A stretch of DNA of 64,000 nucleotides from an uncultured Spirochaetota bacterium (GCA_963734545.1 CAVTHO010000004.1:448001-512000); one strand, 5' to 3'; shown: positions 1-10,380, numbered from the stretch's first letter. Translations and numbers: made by a program. The notes: generated by a model not told the origin, from the sequence alone.

Positions 1-1
1 T

Positions 2-154
2 GCCACTCTGACAATCCGCGACGGTGCATCCATAAAGGCCGTCTCGAAGTACCTCGGGCACAGCTCGACGGCGATCACCATGGACATGTATGTGCACGAA
101 AGCCTGGAGAAGGCCCAGAGAGTGCGAAGATCGTACAAACTCCCCCAAGCTTGA
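2..154 (+). mobile_element. C-terminal end of a tyrosine recombinase/integrase (5' part lies outside the window)
   Basis: Manual translation of frame +2 gives ATLTIRDGASIKAVSKYLGHSSTAITMDMYVHESLEKAQRVRRSYKLPQA*. This contains the box II LGH-x3-(I)T-x2-Y-x-H motif with the catalytic Tyr. Confidence 0.85.
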
Positions 155-232
155 AGAGGCTTTTCGCCCACAGGGCCAAATGGCCCTTGATGCGCCGAAG
201 GGGCGGTACAACATCGGTGGGGGCCCGCGGAC

Positions 233-1979
233 GTGGATCGCCAGACGATCGACTGGTACGACAGGAACGCTGAAGAGGTGGCACGACGCTACGAAAGCGT
301 CCCGGGAGGTATCTCCGACTTCTTCCGTTTTGTCTTTGCGCCGGGTGACAGCGTCCTGGAGATAGGATCGGGAAGCGGAAGGGATGCCGCGCGGCTCATG
401 GAGCTGGGCGTGCACGTGCACGCGGTGGAGCCCAGCGCCGGGCTGAGGCACCGGGCGGCTGTTCTGCACCCCGAGTTGTCCGGTCGGTTGTTCGAGGGCG
501 AGCTGCCCGCTCACTTACCGCCCCAGGTTGCCGGCCCCTATGACGGAGTGGTCCTTTCTGCCGTCATCATGCACGTCCCTGATTCCGAGCTCTTCGACGC
601 GGCGCTGGTCATCCGGGAACGCCTGAAGGACGGCGGTAAGCTCCTCCTGTCCACACCCCTGGAGCGCGGCGACACTCCTGCAGGCTCTGATCGGGACGAA
701 CCGGGGCGGCTGATGATCCTGCGCCCCGGCCTCCCAGGTGCGGCTCCTCTTTGAGCGGCTGGGGTTCATCCTCAAGAGCGAGTGGACATCGGCGGATGCC
801 GCGGGGCGGTCCGACGTTCTGTGGATCACCATGCACTTTCAGTATTCCCGCGGCACAGCCCGGCCGATAGACAGGATCGAAAGCATTCTCAACGCGGACA
901 AAAAGGTCGCTACCTACAAGCTCGCGCTGATCCGCGCACTCTGCGACATGGCGCTGACGGCGCATGCGCGCGCTCGCTGGGAGCCGGACGGCAGGGTCAG
1001 CATACCGATCACGGACCTGGCCGAGCGGTGGATCCTCTTCTACTGGCCCCTTGTCGACTCACGGGTGCTCATTCCGCAGATCAACGGCGAATCCACGGGC
1101 GGGAAGCCGATCGCGTTCCGTTCCGCCCTTTCGGAGCTTGCAGGGCATTTTGCGAACCAGGGCGGGCTCAATGGGTTTGCAAGGGTGAAGGCGGATCGGC
1201 TTCTGTCCCTGGAAGAGCAGCGCCTGTACGGCCGGGTCCTCCGCATCGTGTCCAACACGATCGTGAAGGGGCCCGTCAGGTACGCCGGCGGCGCCCGGGG
1301 CGTGCAGGAGTTCGAGTTCGATCCCGCCGCCCGCCGTGTCCTGGTGGACGGCGGCGTCTGGGAAGAGCTCACCCTCATGGGCCACTGGATCCGCGACGCG
1401 GTCGTCCTGCGGTGGGCGGACATGACCTGGCGTCTTTCTGCAGGGGTGCTCCCGCGGGGAAAGATCCTGGATCGCCTGGTGCTCACTTCGGATCCAGCGC
1501 GGTTTGACGAGAGCGTGCGCCGCTTCTACGCGGGGCTGCGGCCCGGGTTGGAGTGCGTGTGGACGGGGAGGAAGCTGGTCGATGATTTCGACGTAGACCA
1601 CGCCATTCCCTTCGCGCTGTGGCAGGACAGTTCGCTGTGGAACCTTTTCCCCGCAGCCAAGACCGTCAACAACCAGAAGAGGGACAGGCTGCCGTCGCGG
1701 GAAATCGTGCGCAGGCGGAGCGCGAGGATCGTCGAGAACTGGCGGAGCCTGTCGCGGGAGTTTCCGTCGCGGTTTGTGAATGCGGCCGCGGCGCTGTCAG
1801 GCGGCGCGGTCACGGTACGGAACAAGGAAGGTAAGCGACGCGGCGGGGACATGGCCGGGGACGCGACGGCGGGCGCGATCGAGCTTGCCCCTGGGTGGGA
1901 AAAGCCGCTTCTTTCCAGCTTCGTCGAGGCCATCGAATACACGGCCGCCATGAGAGGCGCGGCCCGGTGGGAGCCATAG
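233..1979 (+). CDS. Class I SAM-dependent methyltransferase fused to an HNH endonuclease domain (one frameshift near 725-735)
   Basis: ORF 233-754 has VLEIGSGSGRDA (motif I) and YDGVVLSAVIMH. Removing one C in CGCCCCGGCC joins it to ORF 738-1979 (…MILRPASQVRLLFERLGF…). That ORF carries ATYKLAL and the HNH motif DVDHAIPF…WNLFPA…VNNQKRDRLP. Confidence 0.8.
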
Positions 1980-1987
1980 CCAAGGGC

Positions 1988-2095
1988 GAGCACGTCCTGA
2001 TGATCGACGAAATCAACCGTGCCGACGAAGCTCAGGTCACCGTCTACGGCGGATACTTCTTTATTACTGCAAGGCGAAAAGCCGCCACAGGCTGA
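1988..2095 (+). pseudogene. Short remnant resembling the McrB/AAA+ Walker B region
   Basis: Translates to EHVLMIDEINRAD, matching the McrB-family hhhhDEINR motif. No Walker A and no plausible start are present. Confidence 0.45.
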
Positions 2096-2124
2096 AATCT
2101 CTTGCGCCGGAAACAGTGGTTCAG

Positions 2125-4267
2125 CTAGGCACGTCCCGCACGTTGTGATGCGGATTCATCCAGAACCTGCCGGATGGCCAGTCCCAGCTCCTTCTTGCGA
2201 GCAGGCTTCATGCATACCCTGCGGACGCCGGCCGTCGCGGCTTCGTCCTCTTCGACGGGCGAGCTGTAGCCCGTGCAGAGGATCACCGGAAGCGCGGCGT
2301 TGAGGGCGACGGCCTTCTTCGCGAGCTCAATACCGGTTATCACGGGCATGCTCTGGTCGGTGATGAGAAGGTCAAAGGCAAACCGATCCGCTGAAAGGAG
2401 CTCGAGTGCGTGCGCGGGATCTGTCACGGCGGTTACCCTGTATCCGAGCGTGGCAAGGAGCTTTTCCATCAACACGGCGATCGAGCTCTCGTCATCGACA
2501 TAGAGAATCCGCTCGTTCCCGCCGGGAACGTCGGTTCCCGCGCCGGCTTTGTCCGCATTCTCTGCGTCGACGCGCGGGAAGTAGAGCTTCATGGAAGTGC
2601 CTTTGCCCGGAGAGCTCTCCACGACAATGTCCCCGCCATGGTCCCGCATGATCCCGTACACAACCGAAAGCCCCATACCGGTGCCTTTGCCCGCGGGCTT
2701 GGTCGTGAAGAACGGCTCGAATGCCTTGTCGACGAGGGCCTTCTCCATCCCGACGCCTGTGTCCTGGACATCGATGACGGAAAAGACGCCGGGCCCGATG
2801 GCCCCGATCCGCCCGGGGACGGCCGCTGCAAGGCGTTCCTCCGACAGGCTCACGGTAAGGACACCCTTCCCGTCCATTGCGTGGACGGCATTCGAGGCGA
2901 GATTCATGACCGCCTCGTGGATCTGCGTGGCGTTCGCGATGACGGCCCCGGACTCCGCCTGCAGGCGGGAAGAGACGGTCACAGAGGACGGAATGGTCAT
3001 CTTCAGGAAGCCGAGGACCTCGTGCACGATGGTGCTGAGCCGGACGATGGACTTTTCCACCGGCCCTCCGCGGCTGAAAGTCAGGATCCGTGACACAAGG
3101 TGCTTCGCGCGCTCGCCCGCTTGAAGGATCTGCATAAGGCTTTGAGCAGCCTGGCCCTCCGGCGGGACGTCCTGAAGGGCAATCTCGGTGTGGCCGATAA
3201 TGACGCTCAGCATATTGTTGAAGTCGTGCGCGATTCCCCCCGCCAATTGCCCGATGGCCTGCATCTTCTGGTTCTGCCGCAGGCTTTCCTCCAGGTTCCG
3301 CCTCTGCTCCGCGTCTCTCTTGGCCTGTGTGACGTCCCTGAGGACCCCGTCAATGCCCAACCGCCGGCTGTCCGAATCCACGGTCCATCGGGCATTCGTC
3401 CACACGGTGGCCACCGCCCCGTCCTTCCTGATCACGTCCAGCTCGAAATTCTTCACGAGCCCCTGGCGTTCGAGAGTCTCCATGAGGACCGCGTGCCGTG
3501 AGGGGTCGCGGTAGAAGTCCGCAAACGGCCGGCCCACCATCTCATCGGGCTTGTATCCAAGCATCTGCTCGGAGGACGGGGAGACGATTGCCAGTTTCCC
3601 CTGCAGGTCCGTGCGGTAGCTGATATCCATCATGTTCTGGAAGAGCCCGCGGTAGCGCGATTCGGATTCACGAAGCGCCCGCGCCGCCTCGCGGCGGCGT
3701 TCCTCGTTCGCCATGAGGAGACTTCCCAGGAATACCCCGACGGAGATCGCCGATCCGTAGGGCAGCGTCATGGATTTCACCAGCCGCCAGCCTGCCTCCA
3801 GACTGCCGATGGGCAGGAAACCCGGGAGCAGGAATATCGTGGCGGCGATGGAAGAAAGCGCCAGCTTCCATGGCGACTCTATCCCCGGGCGAAGGGCTCG
3901 CAGCGTCGTCCCGGGCAATGACCGCCAGCCCCAGGCCCAGGATCCCGCCGTAGACCCCGATGCCGCCCAGAAAAGCCCGGTAGCCGGCTCCGATTGCCGC
4001 CGCAATCACGGCCGACAGCGGTCCTCCGAAAAAGCCGGCAAGGATGACGATGGCGTTCCGCTGGTCGACCTGGACCCCGGGGGCGACGGGAATTCTGACA
4101 TGCATGCAGATATAGACGAAGAGTCCGAATACGGTCCCCAGGATGACTTGCCGCCTGAAGCGGCTGCGTTTCTCCAGCGATTCGTTGAGGATTCCGTACA
4201 CGGCGACCATGATGATGAAGACGGCGAGGTTGCTGAAAAGACCGAAAAAGACGGAGGTGCCACCCAT
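2125..4267 (-). CDS. Hybrid sensor histidine kinase: LytS/5TM-type membrane domain, PAS, HisKA, HATPase and REC (frameshift near 3915)
   Basis: The N-terminal part has VQVDQRNAIVILAGFFGGP (5TM-5TMR_LYT-like). The C-terminal part has a PAS domain, H-box GGIAHDFNN, FEPFFTTK..GKGTGMGL and receiver motifs LYVDDE and LITDQSMP. Confidence 0.88.
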
Positions 4268-4454
4268 GAGGGAAAAATCCGTACGCGAGATTGCCAGAAG
4301 GCCGTCCACCCGCGTGAGGAAATCGACAAAGCCCTTCATAGGCTCGCCTCCGACGTCCTAGAGGGATTCTGAGTGCCGCTCCCAGTATGATACATGCCTG
4401 GATAGTAGCGCAAGTAGCCCCGCATCGAACTGAAATCCTATGCCTGACATGGAG

Positions 4455-4519
4455 ATATGCACATGTATATACACATATACACTTGATATCGTGAGCACTT
4501 CAGGATACACTTCTCACGA
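4455..4519. promoter_or_regulatory. Probable autoregulatory operator region of the Phd-VapC operon
   Basis: Perfect palindrome TGTATATACA (4464-4473), three ATATRCAC direct repeats and an inverted repeat TCGTGAG-N17-CTCACGA lie just upstream of the antitoxin start. Confidence 0.5.
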
Positions 4520-4527
4520 GGTGATGA

Positions 4528-4800
4528 ATGCGTACCGTGAACGCTTTGGAAGTTCGTAACAGGCTCGGCGCGCTCCTCGATGACCTGGAGCGGACCGGAG
4601 AGCCGGTGATCGTGAGCAAGGGGCGCCGGCCTCGCGCGGTGCTCATCAGCATAGAGGATTTCCAGAAGCGCTTTGTCGACCGCCAGACGGAGGAGCAGCG
4701 CCGGGCGCTCCTGGACCGGGTGAGGGCCGCGCGGGCTGCGGGCGTCGGCGGCGCGGACAGCCTCACGGTCCTTCGGGGCCTGCGAGGCGAGCTGAGATGA
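4528..4800 (+). CDS. Phd/YefM family antitoxin
   Basis: MRTVNALEVRNRLGALLD…GEPVIVSKGRRPRAVLISIEDF is a typical Phd N-terminus. It has an ATGA overlap with the PIN gene. Confidence 0.9.
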   Translation: MRTVNALEVRNRLGALLDDLERTGEPVIVSKGRRPRAVLISIEDFQKRFVDRQTEEQRRALLDRVRAARAAGVGGADSLTVLRGLRGELR

Positions 4801-5222
4801 AGTTCGTCATCGACGCATCCGTCGCTGCGCGGTGGTATATCCTGGAAGAATCGGACGCAAGAGCGGAGGAGGTCTTGCAGCGGGTGGTCAGGGAGCCGGA
4901 GTTGTTTGCCGTCCCTGAGCTTTTCTTCTTCGAGGTGCTGGCAGTCCTCGGGAGGATGCACCCCAATCCGCTTGAGACCTACCAGGATGCGTTCCTTCCT
5001 GTCGTGGAGGGCGGGGTTTTCCGCCACCCCATGACGTCTGCTCTTGCCGCGCACTCGTGGCGCTTCCTGGCCAGGGGACTCACCGGGTACGACGCATGCT
5101 ATGCAGGGCTGGCTGCCGAGCTCGGTGCACGGTGGATCACCTTCGACCGCCGCGCTCATCAGCTCATTGCATCAGAGAAGGTCTCCGTCGATCTGTCAGA
5201 GGGCTTGCCGGCGGATTGGTGA
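4797..5222 (+). CDS. vapC: PIN-domain (VapC family) toxin
   Basis: MKFVIDASVA…E…YDACYAGLA…ITFDRR carries the PIN acidic residues. Confidence 0.9.
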   Translation: MKFVIDASVAARWYILEESDARAEEVLQRVVREPELFAVPELFFFEVLAVLGRMHPNPLETYQDAFLPVVEGGVFRHPMTSALAAHSWRFLARGLTGYDACYAGLAAELGARWITFDRRAHQLIASEKVSVDLSEGLPADW

Positions 5223-5226
5223 GCAC

Positions 5227-6381
5227 GTGATTACGAGCCACGCAGGCGCAGATCCCTATAACGCAATCATCACCCGGGCCGACCCGCCTGCGGAGCCGCC
5301 AACCGCGGCCGCTGCCGGGGCAGCGGCTGCAGGGCCCCTGGCGGGAAGGACGCTGCTCGTCAAAGACCTGATCGATACGGCGGGGATCCGAACAACGTAC
5401 GGCTCGCGCCTCTATGCAGACCACGTGCCCAGCCGAAACGCCACCGTGGTGGAGCGGGCCATCCGTGCGGGCGCCGTTGTCGTGGGCAAGGCGAACCTGC
5501 CGGAGTTTGCGTGGAGCGTCCTGGGCAGGAACCCGTGGTATGGAACAGTTCACAATCCGGCAAAGCCCGGAAAGACGACAGGTGGTTCGAGCGCAGGGAA
5601 CGCGGCGGCCCTGGCTGCCGGGCTGGTCGATCTGGGGATCGGAACCGATACCGGTTGCTCCATCCGGCTCCCCTCCGCGGCATGCGGCACGGTGGGACTG
5701 AAGCCGCGATGGGGGAGGATTCCTGTTGATGGCATCTTCCCCCTGGCTCCATTGCTCGACACCGTGGGGCCAATGGCGCGCTCGGTCGCTGACGTGGCCC
5801 TGCTGTGGTCGGTGCTGGCGGAGCGGCCGGTTCCCGCGCCGAGGCTCCGCGGGTTGGTGGTCGGACTCCTGCGGCAGCCGCCGGGGCTCGGCGATGGCCG
5901 ACCAACCGAGACGAGCGACCTTGCCGAGGAATGGGTGGCTGACATCCAGCGGCTGGGCGCTCGCGTGGTCGAAGCGAGAGTGCCGGACGCGACTGCCAAT
6001 ACGTTTCCACAGTTCCTCCATGAGGCAAAGCAGAGCCACGCACTGACTTTCCCTTCCCGTGCGGGCGACTACACTGAGGTGGCGCGGAGGAAGCTCGAAG
6101 CCGCCCAGAAAGTGGATCCGGATGAGGTTGCCCTGGCGTATCGGGCAATCGAGGAATGGCGGCGCTACAAGCCTGAAGTGGACCTTTTCATCAGCCCTTG
6201 CTTTGCAATTGAGCTGCCGCCGGAGGACGCGGAAGAGGCGGATATCCGGCTGCCTCTCTCCTCGTTCATGCGGTGGGTCAACCTGACCGGCTGGGCAGGC
6301 CTCGCCGTCGGGAACCTCCAGCTCGTGGCCCCTGATGACGAAACGGTGATAGCGGCCGGGCTCGCGCTCGAAAGAGGCTAG
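5227..6381 (+). CDS. Amidase signature family protein
   Basis: Motifs VKDLID, GGSSAG and GTDTGCSIRLPS give the Lys-Ser-Ser triad. The GTG start at 5227 is inferred. Confidence 0.88.
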   Translation: MITSHAGADPYNAIITRADPPAEPPTAAAAGAAAAGPLAGRTLLVKDLIDTAGIRTTYGSRLYADHVPSRNATVVERAIRAGAVVVGKANLPEFAWSVLGRNPWYGTVHNPAKPGKTTGGSSAGNAAALAAGLVDLGIGTDTGCSIRLPSAACGTVGLKPRWGRIPVDGIFPLAPLLDTVGPMARSVADVALLWSVLAERPVPAPRLRGLVVGLLRQPPGLGDGRPTETSDLAEEWVADIQRLGARVVEARVPDATANTFPQFLHEAKQSHALTFPSRAGDYTEVARRKLEAAQKVDPDEVALAYRAIEEWRRYKPEVDLFISPCFAIELPPEDAEEADIRLPLSSFMRWVNLTGWAGLAVGNLQLVAPDDETVIAAGLALERG

Positions 6382-6534
6382 GCCCGGCTCACAGCGTCCG
6401 CAGCGAAATGGACGATGAAATCAATGGCCTCTGTTGCCGTTGCCGACTCAAGCGGCAAGACGACGCGCTCGTTATTCTATGCATGAACCGCTATTTGAAT
6501 GAGTTGACTGGACTATGGAGGACTCATTAACCTT

Positions 6535-6738
6535 ATGATGATGGAGTACAGGGTCGTCCTGGTCGAATCGGAAGAGGGTTTCTCGGTCAGTTGTCCGGCA
6601 CTTCGAGGATGTCATTCTCAAGGCGCAACCCTTGATGAGGCACTGGAAAACATCAAATCGGCAATCCGTGAATGGTCGGACGCGGAATCAGAAGAAAAGT
6701 CGAAACTCCCCATCATAGAGCGGATCGTCACCGTGTAG
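6535..6738 (+). CDS. hicB: HicB family antitoxin (short form)
   Basis: YRVVLVESEEGFSVSCPALRGCHSQGATLDEALENIKSAIREW is the HicB signature. Confidence 0.88.
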   Translation: MMMEYRVVLVESEEGFSVSCPALRGCHSQGATLDEALENIKSAIREWSDAESEEKSKLPIIERIVTV

Positions 6739-6742
6739 CCCC

Positions 6743-6865
6743 ATGCCGAGGATACCCGGCATCAGCGAAGACGATGCTGTCCGTGCTTTCAACGCGTACA
6801 CCATGGGCGCGATTGCCGCGGATGCAGGATTCGACCCGGAAGAGTTCAAAGATCTGCTCCGCTGA
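6743..6865 (+). pseudogene. HicA-like toxin with an in-frame internal deletion (40 aa)
   Basis: Reads MPRIPGISEDDAVRAF|NAYTMGAIAADAGFDPEEFKDLLR*. The HicA N- and C-termini are joined directly, and the central G-x-H catalytic segment is absent. Confidence 0.7.
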
Positions 6866-6904
6866 GGCCTACGGATAGATCTCACCCAAAAACCAGGGCG
6901 GCAG

Positions 6905-7105
6905 CTATTCTATCGTGTTGACTCTGACTTCGTTCGATTGGATCCACTGAAGTGATTGGTTATCGTCCTCGAGCAGGACATAGGTCTTGTAGAATTCTGC
7001 GTTCTCGAAGCGAACTGCGAGGACCTGGTAGATTCTGTCCAGCGCGAAGGTCCGCTCCATGTGGGGACCCTGGATGACCTTGACTGAGAAATTGTGAAAG
7101 TACAT
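6905..7105 (-). CDS. Small hypothetical protein (66 aa)
   Basis: Clean ORF with an AGGAGG RBS upstream of the ATG, lying downstream of clpP. Confidence 0.65.
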   Translation of the reverse strand: MYFHNFSVKVIQGPHMERTFALDRIYQVLAVRFENAEFYKTYVLLEDDNQSLQWIQSNEVRVNTIE

Positions 7106-7164
7106 CTCTCGTGCCTCCTTGCGTTCGCAGCTCTCATCCTATGCGATAAGCGGGCAGCTATCGA

Positions 7165-7803
7165 TCAGGTAGCTGATAAGCGTGCGGGTAAGGCATTCGA
7201 CTCCGGCGAGGACGGCTTCAGGATCTTGTCGATGAGACCGTACTCGACGGCATCCTCGGCAGACATGTAGTAGTCTCTCTCGAGGTCCTTCTCCACGGTT
7301 TCGGGGGACTTGCCTGTGTGTTGAGCGAAGTACGACACGATGAGCTTTTTGATCCGGATGATCTCCCGGGCCTGGATGCTGATATCCGCTGCCTGGCCGG
7401 ACGTCCCGCCCCAGGGCTGATGGATGAGGATGCGCGAGGAGGGCAGGGCCATCCTCTTGCCCTTGGCGCCGCAGGCGAGAAGCAGGGCCGCCGAGTAGGC
7501 AGCCCCCCCGAGACAGATGGTGTGCACGTCCGGCTTGATGTACTGGATCGTGTCATAGATGGCGAGACCCGCCGTCACCGCGCCACCCGGAGAGTCGATG
7601 TAGAGGTGGATGTCCCTCTCGGGGTCCTGGCTCTCGAGGAACAGGAGCTGGGCCACCACGAGATCTGCGTTCAGGTCGTAGATCTCTCCATCGACGAAGA
7701 CGATCCTGTCTTTGAGGAGCCGGGAGAATATGTCGTAGGCCCGCTCTCCGAGGCCGGTCTGCTCGATGACCATGGGAACGAGATCGAGGTCCTTCTCATC
7801 CAT
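7165..7803 (-). CDS. clpP: ClpP-family protease subunit with an atypical nucleophile motif
   Basis: Has [40 protein letters not shown] and ERDYYMSA. The expected GQAASMG reads GGAAYSA. Confidence 0.92.
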   Translation of the reverse strand: MDEKDLDLVPMVIEQTGLGERAYDIFSRLLKDRIVFVDGEIYDLNADLVVAQLLFLESQDPERDIHLYIDSPGGAVTAGLAIYDTIQYIKPDVHTICLGGAAYSAALLLACGAKGKRMALPSSRILIHQPWGGTSGQAADISIQAREIIRIKKLIVSYFAQHTGKSPETVEKDLERDYYMSAEDAVEYGLIDKILKPSSPESNALPARLSAT

Positions 7804-7842
7804 GAAGCCGATGCCTCACCTTCTGCGCATGGCGCGCTCTGA

Positions 7843-8217
7843 TCACCTGGGATAATCGAGAGGCCATCCGGGCGGCAGCTTATAGTCAGTTCTGACCTCT
7901 TCCCAGAGCTGCTCGTTTTGCTCGTTCTCCTCTTCCCCCTCAGCCTTCGCATCTTCTTTCATGATCTCGCTGATTTCGGAACGCTCCATGTCCTCGTGCT
8001 CCTGCACTTTTTCTTCCTGCTCATCGGCGTCATAGTCTATCCATAGCTCTTCCAGCGAGGCATGAAGGTCGATCATTCCTCGATCCAGGTCTGAGAGCCG
8101 CTTGGCACCTTCGGGGTTTGCCGCCTTCATTTCGATAAGGAAGTCTATCGCCGCCTTCAGTGTGGCATGAACGTGCCTTAAGACTTCATCCGCATCTTCT
8201 TGACTATACTCTGCCAT
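7843..8217 (-). CDS. Hypothetical acidic protein
   Basis: 124-aa ORF with an RBS-like GAGGGGGAAG upstream and an E/D-rich C-terminal half. Confidence 0.65.
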   Translation of the reverse strand: MAEYSQEDADEVLRHVHATLKAAIDFLIEMKAANPEGAKRLSDLDRGMIDLHASLEELWIDYDADEQEEKVQEHEDMERSEISEIMKEDAKAEGEEENEQNEQLWEEVRTDYKLPPGWPLDYPR

Positions 8218-8298
8218 TTGCTTCCCCCTCGGCGTATGCGCCGCGCCAGGTCGAAGTTCCTGTTTATTGTATCATGGAACAATAGGCCGCCCCTCCCC

Positions 8299-9912
8299 TC
8301 ACGCGGTCCTGGACAGGTACTCTCCGTAGCCGCCCTCGTACACCCGGAGAGAGCCATGATCGATCTCGAAGACCCGGTTGGAAAGATGCCGCAGGAAATA
8401 CCGGTCGTGGCTGACGATCATCAGCGTGCCGTCAAACGTGGTCAGGGCATCGAGCAGGACTTCACGGCTGGCGATGTCCAGGTGATTGGTCGGCTCGTCC
8501 AGCACGAGGAAGTTGACCGGCAGGGCCAGGATGCAGGCAAGCATCACCCGGCTCTTCTCTCCGCCTGAGAGCACGCCCACCCGCTTGTCCACGTCATCGC
8601 CTGAAAACTGGAAGGCGCCCAGGATGTTCTTGATTGTACCTTCGCCTGCTTTGGGTATGCGTTCCTCGACCTCCTGGAAAATCGTGCGGCTGGGGATGAG
8701 CACATCGCTGGAGTATTGGCTGAAATATCCGATCCTGACCCCGGCCCCGAGCGTGCAGCTCCCGCCTGAGGCCTCTGTCTGACCCGTGACGATCTTCAGG
8801 AGCGTGGACTTGCCCGCGCCGTTGATGCCTGTCAGGGCAACCTTGTCCAGCCGCTTCACCACACCGGTGAGGCCGTGGAACACCGGGAGCAGGGAGCCGT
8901 CGGGAAGGGGCCACGTCTTGGACAGATCGTCCATGCGGACCACTATATCCCCGCTTCGGGCAACTGGCGCGAATCGGACCTTCATCTCTTTGGGATCCGG
9001 CGGAATGACGATCCGCTCGATCTTCTCGATGGTCTTCACCCGGGACTGGACCTGGGCCGCATGTGAGGCCTGGGCCCGGAACCGGTTGATGAACTCCTCT
9101 TCCTTGGCAAGCATCGCTGCCTGGCGCTTCTGGGAGGCAATCAACTGCTCCCGACGGACAGCCCGCTCCTTCACGTAGAAGTCGTAATCGCCCGAATAGG
9201 TGGTGATGGCGCCGGACGCCACCTCCACCGTGCGGCTGCAGACCCGGGTCATGAACTCCCTGTCGTGGCTGGTCATGACAAGGTCACCTCGATATAACGC
9301 GAGCCACTCCTCCAGCCAGACGATGGATTCGAGGTCCAGGTGATTGGTGGGCTCGTCCATGAGGAGGACGTCAGGATCCAGGAGGAGGATGCGCGCAAGG
9401 GCGATACGCATCTTCCAGCCGCCGGAGAAGCTCTCCACCGGCAGGTGGAAACGTTCCTTGCCGATGCCCAGCCCGGTGAGGATGGCTTCTGCCCGGTTCT
9501 CCAGCTCGTAGCCGTTCCCGCGCTGGAACTCCATCTGGAGCTCGCCGTACCTGTTCATGTCCGAGTCGGCAAGCGCGGGGCCGGCAGCGTCCGACATCCG
9601 GTGCTCGAGCGCCGCCATCTCACGGCCCACCTCGTAGACGCGTCCCGCTCCCGCCAGCACCTCTTCCCGCGCGCTGCGGCCGGACATCTCGCCCACTTCC
9701 TGGGAGAAGTAGCCCACCACTGTGCCGGGGTCCATGGATACCGTGCCGCCGTCAGGCTTCTCGAGGCCGCAGATCACCTTGAAGAGAGTAGTCTTGCCCG
9801 CGCCGTTGGGTCCCACCAGGCCGACCTTGTCTCCCGGGCGCAGGAGGAAGTCCTCGTTGTTGAAGATGACGCGTTCGCCGAACGCGAGGTGGATGTGGGA
9901 AAGGTTGACCAT
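8299..9912 (-). CDS. ABC-F family ATP-binding protein (ribosome-associated)
   Basis: Two ABC domains (GPNGAGKT/FSGGW/DEPTNHLD and GINGAGKS/LSGGEK/DEPTNHLD), an inter-domain linker and no TM segments. Confidence 0.93.
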   Translation of the reverse strand: MVNLSHIHLAFGERVIFNNEDFLLRPGDKVGLVGPNGAGKTTLFKVICGLEKPDGGTVSMDPGTVVGYFSQEVGEMSGRSAREEVLAGAGRVYEVGREMAALEHRMSDAAGPALADSDMNRYGELQMEFQRGNGYELENRAEAILTGLGIGKERFHLPVESFSGGWKMRIALARILLLDPDVLLMDEPTNHLDLESIVWLEEWLALYRGDLVMTSHDREFMTRVCSRTVEVASGAITTYSGDYDFYVKERAVRREQLIASQKRQAAMLAKEEEFINRFRAQASHAAQVQSRVKTIEKIERIVIPPDPKEMKVRFAPVARSGDIVVRMDDLSKTWPLPDGSLLPVFHGLTGVVKRLDKVALTGINGAGKSTLLKIVTGQTEASGGSCTLGAGVRIGYFSQYSSDVLIPSRTIFQEVEERIPKAGEGTIKNILGAFQFSGDDVDKRVGVLSGGEKSRVMLACILALPVNFLVLDEPTNHLDIASREVLLDALTTFDGTLMIVSHDRYFLRHLSNRVFEIDHGSLRVYEGGYGEYLSRTA

Positions 9913-9933
9913 GCATCAGAGCGCGGCAGGCTT

Positions 9934-10380
9934 TCAGCTCTGGTAGGTCAGCTCTATCTGCCTGAGGATCCGATACTCTCCGCCTCTTTGCTGGAAGTAG
10001 AATATCGCTATCTGACTGAATTGCTTCAGCACGTACTGGTAGACGACGATGTCACCTGAGGCGGGAATGAAGCGAAGCGGCTCAGGGTAATTCATGTCGA
10101 TTTTCGACAAGTCCATCGTATCGGACCATTCCTGCTGCCGCTGCCGCATTGCCTCGACTCCGGTCACGATCGATGGCTGGCCCTGGTTGTCATATAGCTG
10201 ATCGGTTATCTCCGGCCAGTAGCACTTTATGTACTCGTCCACGAACTCATTGGAGATTGCCCAGCGCCACTTCGCCATGAGCGCATCGATCTCCTTTTGC
10301 GCGGGGCTCGGCGCCGCAAAAGCTCCGATGGAACCACCCACGATTGCCAGGACGCAGATGAGCACGAACATTCTCTTCAT
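9934..10380 (-). CDS. Secreted hypothetical protein, possibly NTF2/SnoaL-like
   Basis: Signal-peptide-like MKRMFVLICVLAIVGGSIGAFA, followed by a pattern resembling NTF2-fold proteins. Confidence 0.6.
   Translation of the reverse strand: MKRMFVLICVLAIVGGSIGAFAAPSPAQKEIDALMAKWRWAISNEFVDEYIKCYWPEITDQLYDNQGQPSIVTGVEAMRQRQQEWSDTMDLSKIDMNYPEPLRFIPASGDIVVYQYVLKQFSQIAIFYFQQRGGEYRILRQIELTYQS

Noticed and set aside
155-232. tRNA or att site next to the integrase
   Set aside because: No tRNA-like sequence or direct repeat is recognisable, and the rest of the element lies outside the window.
720-740. Programmed ribosomal frameshift between the methyltransferase and HNH parts
   Set aside because: No X-XXY-YYZ slippery heptamer is evident, and similar single-base indels occur throughout the window.
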